Origin: an uncultured bacterium
GTDB taxonomy: Bacteria; Auribacterota; JACPWU01
NCBI GenBank assembly: GCA_964640155.1
Contig: CAZXEQ010000001.1
Location: 456,403-488,402 of the forward strand
Length of the DNA stretch: 32,000 nt
Direction: 5' to 3'
Shown: positions 8,100-17,516 of the stretch, one piece after another
Numbering within the stretch: the stretch's first letter is position 1
Layout of the letters: the number at the start of each line of letters is the position of its first letter
The notes under the pieces: model-generated
Told to the model about the DNA's origin: nothing
The model's database searches: none
The model's input: only the letters and a program-made list of their open reading frames with translations
Program-made: the position numbers and the translations under genes

Positions 8100-8161
8100 A
8101 GAAAACAGTTTTAACTCTTAAGTTGTAAGTGATAAGCTAAAGAAGAAGAAAAGGTAAAACC

Positions 8162-8731
8162 ATGCCTAAAATATACACTAAAACGGGAGACAAAGGACAA
8201 ACAGGTTTAATTGGAGGATCCAGAGTCTGGAAGGATCATCCTCGCATTGAAGTCTATGGCACGGTAGATGAGTTAAACTCTTGTATTGGGGTTACTTTAA
8301 GCTTTCTTGATAGTTCAAAAATTAATCAAAAATTGAAACATAATTTTCAGCTTACTTTAAGAAAAATACAAAATGAGCTTTTTAATTTGGGGTGTCAACT
8401 TGCAAATCCTAACCCCAAATCTCAAAAAAACCTCCCCACAATCACAGATCAGTCCATTCATGACCTTGAGAAATGGATTGATTGGATGGAAAAAGATTTA
8501 GTACCTTTACGAAAATTTATTTTGCCCGGGGGAATTTCAACTGCAAGCTTTCTTCATTTGGCCCGCAGTATTTGTCGAAGAGCTGAAAGACTTTGTGTTA
8601 CGATCAGCCATCAAGAAAACCTTGATTCAATTCTCATTCGCTACTTAAATCGACTCAGCGATGCTCTTTTTGTTGCCGCACGATGGATTCAAGTAAAAGC
8701 CAAAGGGAAAGAAATACCTTGGCAACCTTAG
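8162..8731 (+). CDS. pduO: ATP:cob(I)alamin adenosyltransferase, PduO type
   Basis: 189 aa. MPKIYTKTGDKGQTGL...YGTVDELNSCIG N-terminus is characteristic of PduO/MMAB-type adenosyltransferases. Confidence 0.85.
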   Translation: MPKIYTKTGDKGQTGLIGGSRVWKDHPRIEVYGTVDELNSCIGVTLSFLDSSKINQKLKHNFQLTLRKIQNELFNLGCQLANPNPKSQKNLPTITDQSIHDLEKWIDWMEKDLVPLRKFILPGGISTASFLHLARSICRRAERLCVTISHQENLDSILIRYLNRLSDALFVAARWIQVKAKGKEIPWQP

Positions 8732-8871
8732 AAACCGTAAATCGTTGCGTTGTGTGTAATGCGTATTTTATGTTTACACATCACGTATAATGAAAAACGT
8801 ACAATGTTTTTACTTTGACGCTTCAAGCTCACCTAGGTTATTATTTGTGCTATTAAAAAAGGGAGGGGTTC

Positions 8872-9702
8872 ATGAAAAAATCCGCAGTCTATATGGCAAT
8901 GTTGTTCACTCTATTATCAGCAGCTCGTATTCAGGCTTCTGACTATCTGATTCTTGAAACACTCGATGACAAAACCGTAGCGCCTTATCAAATGGTGGGT
9001 CAAATGGGTGTACAAGTAGAAGAACAGATTGATCAATCTACGCTGGTTCATGGCCCTACGTTTGATGCTAGCTTTGGGATTGGTGATTGGGCTGAGCTTG
9101 GCTTAAACTATGAGGTTTTGAGTCTTTCTGATTCTCCCTCTTTTGATGATCAAACAGGAAGTGGAGATGTCAGAATTAAAGCAAAAGTAGTTCCTATTAA
9201 ATCCGATTGGGGAAATCTTGGGTTAGCAGTTATCACCAAAATCCCATCTGCCGATGATAGTGATGGTTTAGGCACAGATGAAGCTGATGTCGTTCTCAAA
9301 ACAATTTATGGAAAGAATATTTTTGGGGATCTTCGTCTTTTTATCAATCTAGGCGTTGCTATTCAAGGGGATCCAGCCGTTAATTCTTCACAAGATGATT
9401 ATTTTGTGTGGGGTGTTGGCGTAGAATATCCTTTCCCTGTTTTAGGAGACTCCTCATTCTGTGATGGTCTTTCTTTAATCGCAGAGTTTGAAGGTTCCGT
9501 AGGCCCTGAAGAACATGACAATATCGCTTCAGGACAATATACCGATGGTGATGCAGAATTCAGAGGTGGCTTGGTCAAGAAGCTTCCTTGGTTTAATCTT
9601 GCAGCCACAGGTTCAGTAGGTCTTACAGATGATTCACCTGATTGGGGATTTAGACTTATGCTCAGCAGAGCTTTTGACTTACCCGTCATGAATCACGAAT
9701 AA
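8872..9702 (+). CDS. Outer-membrane beta-barrel protein (MetA-pathway/transporter-like)
   Basis: 276 aa. Signal peptide ending AARIQA-SD, GSGD motif, Asp/Gly-rich loops alternating with amphipathic strands, strong SD gggagggg. Confidence 0.65.
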   Translation: MKKSAVYMAMLFTLLSAARIQASDYLILETLDDKTVAPYQMVGQMGVQVEEQIDQSTLVHGPTFDASFGIGDWAELGLNYEVLSLSDSPSFDDQTGSGDVRIKAKVVPIKSDWGNLGLAVITKIPSADDSDGLGTDEADVVLKTIYGKNIFGDLRLFINLGVAIQGDPAVNSSQDDYFVWGVGVEYPFPVLGDSSFCDGLSLIAEFEGSVGPEEHDNIASGQYTDGDAEFRGGLVKKLPWFNLAATGSVGLTDDSPDWGFRLMLSRAFDLPVMNHE

Positions 9703-9731
9703 TAATTACTTTTAAAATGAATGGAGTAGAA

Positions 9732-10178
9732 ATGAAAAAGTTTTTCTTTTTGGCTATAACTTGTTTTTTAACCATGTCTTGCTTTGCAAGTGACGCAGTG
9801 AAGACTTCAACTGAGAGTTCCACAGAAAAGTCAGGCGCTCAGAAAGCAGCAACCACGGTTGTGACTCTTCCAGTCAATGTTGTAAAAGAAACGGCTAAAG
9901 TCGCTCTTAACGTTGGAGAGAAAGTCGTTGATACCACAGCGGATACAGCACAAGCAGCAGGGCAAACCCTTACTGGAGATGTCAAAAAAGCTCCAGAAGT
10001 AATTATCACCCCTGTCAAAGGAACCGCTGAAGGTGTCGTTGAAACAACCAAAGACACTGTTTCTATTCCTGAAAACGCAATGAAAGATTCTCAAGCTGCT
10101 GCAGAAGGAACAAGTGCGCCCGCAGTGGAAAAGACAGAAGAAGTTAAGACAGAAACAAAAGAAGAAGTAGCAAAGTAA
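9732..10178 (+). CDS. Secreted Thr/Ala/Glu/Lys-rich low-complexity protein (possible lipoprotein)
   Basis: Start moved to the ATG at 9732 (MKKFFFLAITCFLTMSCFAS), which has GGAG 5 nt upstream. Followed by a clean terminator. Confidence 0.6.
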   Translation: MKKFFFLAITCFLTMSCFASDAVKTSTESSTEKSGAQKAATTVVTLPVNVVKETAKVALNVGEKVVDTTADTAQAAGQTLTGDVKKAPEVIITPVKGTAEGVVETTKDTVSIPENAMKDSQAAAEGTSAPAVEKTEEVKTETKEEVAK

Positions 10179-10197
10179 TTGTTTGATATTTTTTTAT

Positions 10198-10237
10198 AAG
10201 GCAGTGGTTTGTTGAAAAACAGACTACTGCCTTTTTT
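10198..10237 (+). terminator. Rho-independent terminator
   Basis: 14-bp stem aaggcagtggtttg / cagactactgcctt (two G-T wobbles), 8-nt loop, then TTTTTT. Confidence 0.8.
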
Positions 10238-10256
10238 GTTGTCAATTGAACTGTTT

Positions 10257-11183
10257 CTAAACTATCGACAGCATGCGTTCAATGGGGAGTCTAGCCCGAT
10301 CAGCTAGTTCTTTAGGAACTTTGACTTGATACTGAAGTTTTTCTAACGAAGCAACCACTTTTTCCATTGTATTTCGCTTCATATATTCGCAAACAGCATT
10401 AGAAGAGGCAGGATAAAAAGTCTTATTAGGACTATCTTTTTGGAGGCGATGAAGAATCCCTGTTTCTGTTGCCACAATGAATTCATTCGCTTTGGATTCT
10501 TTAGCATAATTGACCATTCCTTCAGTAGAAAGAATACGATCCGCCATATGCATGGTTCCGGTCAAACAACCACATTCAGGATGCATGATGTACTCTGCTT
10601 TGGGATGATCATGCTTAAGGGTCTGAATATCTTCCGATCGAATACGCACATGAATATTGCAATAACCTGGCCATAAATGAATTTTTCTTCCTGTTTTCAT
10701 TTGAACATACCGACCCAGAAAAAAATCAGGGACAAAAAGAATTTCTTTATCTTCAGGAATGGATTGAACCACTTTCATTGCATTCGATGAAGTGCAACAA
10801 TAATCACTTAATGCTTTGACGGCTGCAGAAGTATTCACATAAGCAACCACAACCGCACCAGGATGCTCGTCCTTCCACTTTTGTAAGGCTACAACATCAA
10901 TCATATTCGCCAAAGAACAACCTGCTTCTAAATCTGGAATTAAAACTGTTTTTTCTGGGCATAAAATACTGGCTGTCTCCGCCATAAAATGTACCCCACA
11001 GAATACAATCGTATCTGCATCGGTTTTAGCAGCATATTGGGCTAATTTGAGCGAATCGGCACACAGATCCGCAATATCTTGAATCTCACCTACTTGGTAG
11101 TTATGGGCCAAGATAATGGCATTACGCTCTTTTTTGAGAGCGAGAATCTCTTCTTCGATTGTCGGATAAAGCACTTTTGCCAT
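10257..11183 (-). CDS. nadA: Quinolinate synthase
   Basis: 308 aa. ILAHNYQ...VHFMAETA...HPEC motifs of NadA; SD gggagagg. Confidence 0.92.
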   Translation of the reverse strand: MAKVLYPTIEEEILALKKERNAIILAHNYQVGEIQDIADLCADSLKLAQYAAKTDADTIVFCGVHFMAETASILCPEKTVLIPDLEAGCSLANMIDVVALQKWKDEHPGAVVVAYVNTSAAVKALSDYCCTSSNAMKVVQSIPEDKEILFVPDFFLGRYVQMKTGRKIHLWPGYCNIHVRIRSEDIQTLKHDHPKAEYIMHPECGCLTGTMHMADRILSTEGMVNYAKESKANEFIVATETGILHRLQKDSPNKTFYPASSNAVCEYMKRNTMEKVVASLEKLQYQVKVPKELADRARLPIERMLSIV

Positions 11184-11386
11184 AAAACCCTCTCCCTATA
11201 AGAGAAACATGCTCTGGGACTTCTTTATTCCACCACAGTTCCCCTCTTGGACGCACGATCATACTGGATGATTCATTCAATTTCCAGATTTATTTTTCTA
11301 TCCCCCAAAAAGGATTCTTTCAGCTTGAGATTTATCTTACAGAAGATATACTTTACTGAAGTTACATAGATTTCCAACCCACTCTG

Positions 11387-12334
11387 TTGATGATGAATAT
11401 AGACACAAAAGTCCAATCTATTTTGACCACTCTTTATCCTTTTGACACTCAGAAGTTAATGAGCGTTAAAGAGGCTTTTGCCTATTGTGAAAATATTGCA
11501 AAAACCCATTATGAAAATTTTACGGTGGGATCTTTTTTAATGCCCTACCATCTTCGCCCTTCTATTTATACGGTTTATACGTTTTGCCGATGGGCGGATG
11601 ACTTAGGAGATGAAATAGGAGATCCCAACCTTTCTTTAAAACTTTTAGAAGCATGGGATCAAGAATTAAGCTTTTGCAAAAACGGGAATCCTCGTCATCC
11701 CGTTTTTATCGCTTTAAAGGAAATTATTCAAAGGCATGATCTGCCCTTGGAACCCTTTCATGATTTGATTCATGCCTTCAAAATGGACCAAACGACTCCC
11801 CGCTATTCAACATTTGAAGATGTTTTAAGTTATTGCCGTTATTCTGCCAATCCCGTAGGGCGCATTTTTCTCATGCTTTTTAATTATCGTGATGAAGAAA
11901 GATTTCTTCTTTCAGACGCCACCTGTACTGCTTTACAATTGGCTAATTTTTGGCAAGATATTGCTCGAGATTTAGAAAAGGGGAGAATTTATATTCCTCT
12001 TGAAGATATGAAACGCTTTGGCTGTTCGGAAAATGAGTTAATGATGCATCAAACAACACCCGCATTCATTGAACTCATGAAATTTGAAATTCATCGAACA
12101 CGGGGTCTCTTTGAAAAAGGTCTTGAGCTCGTCAAAAAAGTACAAGGTAAACTCCAACTTGATATTGAACTTTTTAGTCGAGGAGGACTCGCTATTCTTA
12201 AAATGATTGAGAAGAATGGATATAACGTACTTTCCAAGAGACCTTCTCTATCGAAAGACTCTAAAGCTCAACTGGCTTTAAGCTCTCTCTTTCGATATTT
12301 CTTTAGAAATCTTTTGACTCGGAAATCTTTATGA
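11387..12334 (+). CDS. hpnC: Hydroxysqualene synthase HpnC (squalene/phytoene synthase family)
   Basis: HYENFTVGSFLMP...YTFCRWADDLGDE matches the HpnC-type signature. 4-nt overlap with the next gene. The start could be TTG 11387 or ATG 11390/11393. Confidence 0.85.
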   Translation: MMMNIDTKVQSILTTLYPFDTQKLMSVKEAFAYCENIAKTHYENFTVGSFLMPYHLRPSIYTVYTFCRWADDLGDEIGDPNLSLKLLEAWDQELSFCKNGNPRHPVFIALKEIIQRHDLPLEPFHDLIHAFKMDQTTPRYSTFEDVLSYCRYSANPVGRIFLMLFNYRDEERFLLSDATCTALQLANFWQDIARDLEKGRIYIPLEDMKRFGCSENELMMHQTTPAFIELMKFEIHRTRGLFEKGLELVKKVQGKLQLDIELFSRGGLAILKMIEKNGYNVLSKRPSLSKDSKAQLALSSLFRYFFRNLLTRKSL

Positions 12335-13182
12335 ACTTTACCCTTAAAGAATCTTATCTACTTTGTTCGAACATCGCAAAATCCAAAGCTAAAAATTTTT
12401 ATTATGGGTTTATTCTCTTACCCAAAGCAAAACGCATGGCCATGTCTGCTGTCTATGCTTTCATGAGAATTTGTGATGATATTGTGGATGAGCATGCCAA
12501 TGCTATTGTTAAAACTCAAAAGCTCAATGAATGGAAAGAAAAAGTTCAAAAACTTTTAGACAATCAAGACCTTTCCCATCCTATATTCCCTGCATTACAC
12601 GATACAATTCAAAAGTTCGAAATCCCTCATCGTTATTTTTTAGAAGCGATAGAAGGGGTCGAAATGGATTTAGAGAATCGCCGCTTTGAAAAATTTGAAG
12701 ATCTCAAACCCTATTGTCATAAAGTGGCTTCTGTAGTAGGTCTCATCTGTCTTTACATTTTTGGGTTTAAAAATCAGGACGCACTTGTGTACGCAGAAGC
12801 CTGCGGTATGGCCTTTCAGCTCACGAATATTTTGAGAGACATCAAAGAAGACATCGAAATGGGAAGAGTTTATCTTCCTCAAGAGGATCTCAAGAAATTT
12901 GGGTATTCAGAAAAAGATTTAAAAGATGGTCTTTACAATCAAGCTTTTCAACAATTGATGCGGTTTGAAGTTGAAAAAGCTGAAAAATTCTATGCTGAAG
13001 CTCTAAAACTACCTTCTCTGATTGAAAAAGACAGTCAAAAATCTCTTCAAGTGATGATCAAAATTTATCATAGGCTGTTAAAAAAAATATGCAAATCTAA
13101 TTACAATATTTTCTCTGAGCGCATTCATTTGAGTCTTTTTGAGAAAATAAAAATTTTGATTTCCCCTTCACTCTCATCATGA
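12331..13182 (+). CDS. hpnD: Presqualene diphosphate synthase HpnD
   Basis: NFYYGFILLPKAKRMAMSAVYAFMRICDDIVDE and NILRDIKEDIEMGRVYLP match the HpnD-type signature. Translationally coupled to its neighbours. Confidence 0.85.
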   Translation: MNFTLKESYLLCSNIAKSKAKNFYYGFILLPKAKRMAMSAVYAFMRICDDIVDEHANAIVKTQKLNEWKEKVQKLLDNQDLSHPIFPALHDTIQKFEIPHRYFLEAIEGVEMDLENRRFEKFEDLKPYCHKVASVVGLICLYIFGFKNQDALVYAEACGMAFQLTNILRDIKEDIEMGRVYLPQEDLKKFGYSEKDLKDGLYNQAFQQLMRFEVEKAEKFYAEALKLPSLIEKDSQKSLQVMIKIYHRLLKKICKSNYNIFSERIHLSLFEKIKILISPSLSS

Positions 13183-14510
13183 AAACCGTCACCATTATCG
13201 GAGGAGGTTTAGCAGGAATTTCAGCTGCAACACACCTAGCTGAATCTGGATGGAATGTGACCCTTCTTGAAAAAAGATCAATACTAGGAGGCAGAGCCTC
13301 TTCTGTCGTAGATCCAGAAACTGGACAAACCATCGATAATTGCCAGCATGTTCTCCTAGGTTGCTGCATAGAATTAATGGATTTCTATAAAAAAATCGGA
13401 GTGGAATCCAATATTCACTTTCAAAAAGAATATTTGTTCATCACCCCCGATCAAAAAGTCTCCAAACTCAAAGGGATCTTTTTCCCCGCTCCATTTCACA
13501 TTCTTTTTTCTTTTATAAAACTCACGTTTTTAAATTTTATCGATAAAGCATCCATCTTTTACGCCATGGCCATCATATTGTTCACATCAACTAAAAAGAT
13601 AAATGCCCTAGAAAAAATTTCTTTTCTAGAATGGCTTCAGAAACATCATCAGACTCAAAAATCCATCGAACGATTCTGGAAAATTATTTTGGTTAGTGCT
13701 TTAAATGAAGATTTAGATCAAATATCTACAAAATATGCTTTTAAAACATTTCAGGAAACTTTTTTAAAAAATAGAAATGGCTATCAGATGGGAGTGCCCA
13801 CTCTTCCTCTTTCTAAACTTTATTCCGAACCTACCATTGAATTTTTAAAACATCATGGAGGAAAAGTTCTATTTCAAAAGAAAGCAAGCAAACTTCGTAT
13901 TTCAGAAAATAAAATTTCAGGGATAGAACTTAGCGATGGATCTATCATCTCAAGCGATATTTATGTTTGTGCTCTTCCTTTTCAAGAGCTTGTAGATATT
14001 CTTCCTGCAGAACTTTTCAATCAATACCCTGAGTTTAACAACATCAAATCACTCAAAACTTCTCCTATTACAGGGATTCATCTTTTCTTTGACAAAATAG
14101 TGATGGAAGCAGAATCCATGATTGTTTTAGATCGAACGATTCAATGGATTTTTAACAAGAGCAAGAACTTTTCAAATCAAACATTAACAGGCCAATATCT
14201 ACAAATCGTCATTAGTGCTTCAAAAGATCTCATTTCTAAAACTAAAAATGAAATTGTTAACCTTGTCTTAAAAGAGCTTCAAGAAATCTTCCCTAAAGTA
14301 AAACAAGCTCATCTCTTGAGAAGTGTTGTCATTAAAGAACTTCATGCAACCTTTTCACCTGATCCAGGGAGTGATGCCCTCCGGCTTTCTCAAAAAACAC
14401 CCATTCAAAATCTTTTTCTGGCTGGAGATTGGACAAAAACAGAGTGGCCTGCCACCATGGAAGGAGCGGTCAGAAGCGGACATGCTGCTGCAAAAGCTAT
14501 TCTCGGATAG
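13179..14510 (+). CDS. hpnE: Hydroxysqualene dehydroxylase HpnE (FAD-dependent amine-oxidase fold)
   Basis: 443 aa. N-terminal IIGGGLAGISAA...LLEKRSILGGRA dinucleotide-binding motif; position after hpnC-hpnD. Confidence 0.85.
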   Translation: MKTVTIIGGGLAGISAATHLAESGWNVTLLEKRSILGGRASSVVDPETGQTIDNCQHVLLGCCIELMDFYKKIGVESNIHFQKEYLFITPDQKVSKLKGIFFPAPFHILFSFIKLTFLNFIDKASIFYAMAIILFTSTKKINALEKISFLEWLQKHHQTQKSIERFWKIILVSALNEDLDQISTKYAFKTFQETFLKNRNGYQMGVPTLPLSKLYSEPTIEFLKHHGGKVLFQKKASKLRISENKISGIELSDGSIISSDIYVCALPFQELVDILPAELFNQYPEFNNIKSLKTSPITGIHLFFDKIVMEAESMIVLDRTIQWIFNKSKNFSNQTLTGQYLQIVISASKDLISKTKNEIVNLVLKELQEIFPKVKQAHLLRSVVIKELHATFSPDPGSDALRLSQKTPIQNLFLAGDWTKTEWPATMEGAVRSGHAAAKAILG

Positions 14511-14524
14511 TAAAGAGAATTTAA

Positions 14525-14655
14525 AAATTGTTTTTTTCTAGGCACGCTCAATTCCCCCGCCGAGGAAATTTTCGTTCAGTGATTCGGTTTGCTTGTCCCG
14601 ATAGTAATCGGGACCCCATGGTCGCAACCCTCATCAATGGCCTCAAAAACAATTT
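14525..14655 (+). repeat. Family-B GC-rich element, copy 1, between the hpnE stop and the hpnG stop
   Basis: An 11-bp perfect AT-rich terminal inverted repeat aaattgttttt (14525-14535) / aaaaacaattt (14645-14655) encloses a GC-rich core with the hairpin gtcccgat-agta-atcgggac (14595-14614). Homologous to the reverse complement of 19552-19676. Confidence 0.75.
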
Positions 14656-14662
14656 CTTATTC

Positions 14663-15409
14663 TTAAATAGCGTTTAAAAACTTCTTCATATATTTTGCCA
14701 ACCGCCCAGAAGATTTATGAGAAGACCATCCCATTCTTAAAAGATAAAAAATATGCCAAGGATGTTTCAAAATTTCTATCAGGACAGGCTTCCAAGCAAT
14801 TTTTCCTTCTTTATTTACCCAAGCACTAAAATCAATCTTAATATCCTGCTTCACATTATCTGAAATTACTCTCAGATTAAAAAATGGGGTTTTATACTTC
14901 GACAAAGCCTCTGCAATAAAACCTGCTTCCATATCCACAGAAAAAGCATGGAAAGCTTTCCCTAATTTTTCCTTTTCTGAAGCCAAAGCAACTGCTTTTG
15001 AAACAGTCAAAGAGGTTCCTGTACAGATTTTAGAAGAAAATTGGGTTAAAGCTTCTTCCCATTTTTTCCATAAACTCTTCAGGAAAATTTCTTTTGGTCG
15101 ATGATCCCCAGGTCCCTTCTCCCATATCAAAATCTTTTCAGAAAGAAAAACATCTCCAACTTTCAAACTAGGGTTCAATCCCCCTGCATAGCCACAAGAA
15201 AAAACCATATCAGTTGAAGAGGATAAGAGATAATGCTCACAAGCTTTTTGGGTATTTTTTCTCCCCATCCCTGTCACAATCACTGTTATTTCATGAGAAT
15301 TAAAAATTCCATGGAATTCTTTTGAATGAAAAGGGAGATGTTTTAACTTCAGAGCTTTTATAATCAGACGCGCTTCTTCATAAAGAGCACAGAAGATGAG
15401 AATTTTCAT
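14663..15409 (-). CDS. hpnG: Hopanoid-associated nucleosidase/phosphorylase HpnG (PNP_UDP family)
   Basis: 248 aa with a nucleoside-phosphorylase-like fold pattern. 4-nt overlap with shc immediately upstream. Confidence 0.7.
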   Translation of the reverse strand: MKILIFCALYEEARLIIKALKLKHLPFHSKEFHGIFNSHEITVIVTGMGRKNTQKACEHYLLSSSTDMVFSCGYAGGLNPSLKVGDVFLSEKILIWEKGPGDHRPKEIFLKSLWKKWEEALTQFSSKICTGTSLTVSKAVALASEKEKLGKAFHAFSVDMEAGFIAEALSKYKTPFFNLRVISDNVKQDIKIDFSAWVNKEGKIAWKPVLIEILKHPWHIFYLLRMGWSSHKSSGRLAKYMKKFLNAI

Positions 15410-17394
15410 TTAGGATTTGAAAGTTGGGAGTAATACCCCAAAGCAAACAAAGGGAAATAAATTTTATAATACTCATACTTAATATAAAACACTCGAGGGA
15501 AGCCTGTCCCTGTATAAGGTTTTTCGTCCCAAGACCCATCTGATTTTTGAGTATTCAAAAGATAAGCCAACCCTTTTTGTACGGTTGGACTTTTTAAATC
15601 CCCTGAAGCAAAAAGACCCATAAGAGCCCAAGCCGTTTGGCTCGGCGTACTTTCCCCTTTACCTCTCTCACTTGGATCATCATAAGACCTGCAACTTTCT
15701 CCCCATCCCCCATCTGGATTTTGAACAGAGCGAAGCCACTGAGCCCCTTTTTGAATATAGTCTTGCTGAATATTTTCTCCGATACAAGCCAAGCCCTTCA
15801 AAACTTGCCAAGTCCCATAAATATAATTCACGCCCCAACGTCCATACCATGCCCCATCTTTTTCCTGCTCTTTTCTTAAGTATTCAATCGCTTGTTGAAC
15901 TTGTAAGTCTTCTTTACCAATTTTAAAAGCACTAAACATTTCTAAAACACGACCTGTAATATCTGCACTACTCGGATCCAACATAGCATTATGATCGGCA
16001 AAAGGAACCTTCGTAAAAATCATTCGGTCATTATTTTTATCGAAAGAAGCCCAACCCCCATCTTTGTTCTGCATGGATCTGACCCAACGAACACCTCGCT
16101 CCATAGATCGTTCAAGATGGACAATCAATTCTTGGGACCACGCACCCGCACGATCATGCAATCTTTTCAGGGCCATCAAAACCATAATCGTATCATCCAC
16201 ATCTGGATAGAATTCATTTTGAAACTCAAAATACCAACCACTGGGTTCAACCTTTGGATTTTTGATCTGCCAATCTCCTGCATGTCTTACTTCTTTCTCC
16301 AAAAGCCATTGTGCAGCCTTCTTAAGGCCCGGATGATGAGGGTCTAGTCCTGATTCTGTTAAAGCAACAATGGCCAAACCTGTATCCCAAACGGGAGAAA
16401 AACAAGGTTGCAAACGCATGGCTCCATTTTCTTCAACTTCAAATTCCTCCAATTGTTTCAGGCCCCGCTTCATTAAAGGGTGATCCTTGTCATAGCCTAA
16501 AACACTCAATGCAAAAAGGGAGTTAACCATAGCGGGATAAATGGCTCCCAATCCATCGCTTTTTTCCAAACGCTCAAGCATCCATTGTTTGGCTTTACGA
16601 AGTGCGGTCTTCCTAAAAGGTTTAAAAGGAAGTTTTTCATAAATTTTTAGAAATCGATCAACTCTCAAGAAAAAATGTTTCCAAGAGAAAAAGGGGCGTA
16701 AAGAAATTGAAATACTTTTGAGTTTTGGATTCTTTTCAAAAAGCTCTTCAATTCCTTTTCCAGCAGGCACTGGCCGTATCGGTCGAGCCGCATAAATAAT
16801 AGAAAGAGGAATCACAATTGCTCGAGACCATGAAGAAATCGCGTAAACGCTAAAATAAAGCCAGGTAGGCGCCAATATAATCTCAGGAACAATGGTAGGA
16901 ACAGCGTTCCATTCATATTGACCAATCAAAGCCAAATAAATTTTGGTAAAGCTATTACACTTTTCTACGCCACCTAATCTTTCAACCGCAAGCTTGGCCT
17001 GTCGCATCAAAGCGTCCTCTGGAGAAAAACCTGCCAGCTTTAAAGCAGTATAGGCCTTAACCGTTGCACTGATTTCTCCAGGACCTTCAGGATAAATATT
17101 CCAACTGCCATCCGCTAATTGCTTTTGAACAATAAATTGGGCAAGTTTCTTCACTTTTTCTGAATTGTGAAGACCCAAGAAATGCATCATGAGAATATAA
17201 TCAGAGGCAAGTGTGGAATCTGCTTTTAATTCAGCAACCCAAAACCCCTTCTCATCTTGATGAGAAAGAAGAAACTCTTGAGTTTTCTGAATTGCATTTT
17301 GAAGACTTTGATCGAAAGCAGTAGAAACACCTTCACTGCCCATCCATTCAAAATCCAACAAACTAGGTCTTGAGTTTGTACCCATCTCTCCCAT
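15406..17394 (-). CDS. shc: Squalene-hopene cyclase
   Basis: 662 aa. Catalytic DVDDT motif (YPDVDDTIMVL), repeated QW motifs (QNPDGGW, QNKDGGW, QKSDGSW), C-terminal GFPRVFYIKY; SD aagagga. Confidence 0.95.
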   Translation of the reverse strand: MGEMGTNSRPSLLDFEWMGSEGVSTAFDQSLQNAIQKTQEFLLSHQDEKGFWVAELKADSTLASDYILMMHFLGLHNSEKVKKLAQFIVQKQLADGSWNIYPEGPGEISATVKAYTALKLAGFSPEDALMRQAKLAVERLGGVEKCNSFTKIYLALIGQYEWNAVPTIVPEIILAPTWLYFSVYAISSWSRAIVIPLSIIYAARPIRPVPAGKGIEELFEKNPKLKSISISLRPFFSWKHFFLRVDRFLKIYEKLPFKPFRKTALRKAKQWMLERLEKSDGLGAIYPAMVNSLFALSVLGYDKDHPLMKRGLKQLEEFEVEENGAMRLQPCFSPVWDTGLAIVALTESGLDPHHPGLKKAAQWLLEKEVRHAGDWQIKNPKVEPSGWYFEFQNEFYPDVDDTIMVLMALKRLHDRAGAWSQELIVHLERSMERGVRWVRSMQNKDGGWASFDKNNDRMIFTKVPFADHNAMLDPSSADITGRVLEMFSAFKIGKEDLQVQQAIEYLRKEQEKDGAWYGRWGVNYIYGTWQVLKGLACIGENIQQDYIQKGAQWLRSVQNPDGGWGESCRSYDDPSERGKGESTPSQTAWALMGLFASGDLKSPTVQKGLAYLLNTQKSDGSWDEKPYTGTGFPRVFYIKYEYYKIYFPLFALGYYSQLSNPK

Positions 17395-17516
17395 GAAATC
17401 CTCTTAAGAAAAAGAAAAAAACACGAAGGGGCAAACAATAGCACAATGCCACAAAGAGTTCAAGGGGGCAGGATCCTTATGCCTTTGACACTAAAGAAAT
17501 ATTACTCTAGATCTTA

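Noticed and set aside
12611-12625. gttcgaaatcc resembling a tRNA T-arm
   Set aside because: It lies in frame within hpnD coding sequence and has no surrounding cloverleaf.
14541-14645. GC-rich ~105-nt intergenic core considered as SRP (4.5S) RNA, tRNA or a riboswitch (B12, TPP, fluoride, guanidine)
   Set aside because: It has no GGAA/GNRA-capped domain IV motif, no T-arm GGTTCGAATCC and no B12-box or other consensus I could match. A second homologous copy exists, so it is a repeat.
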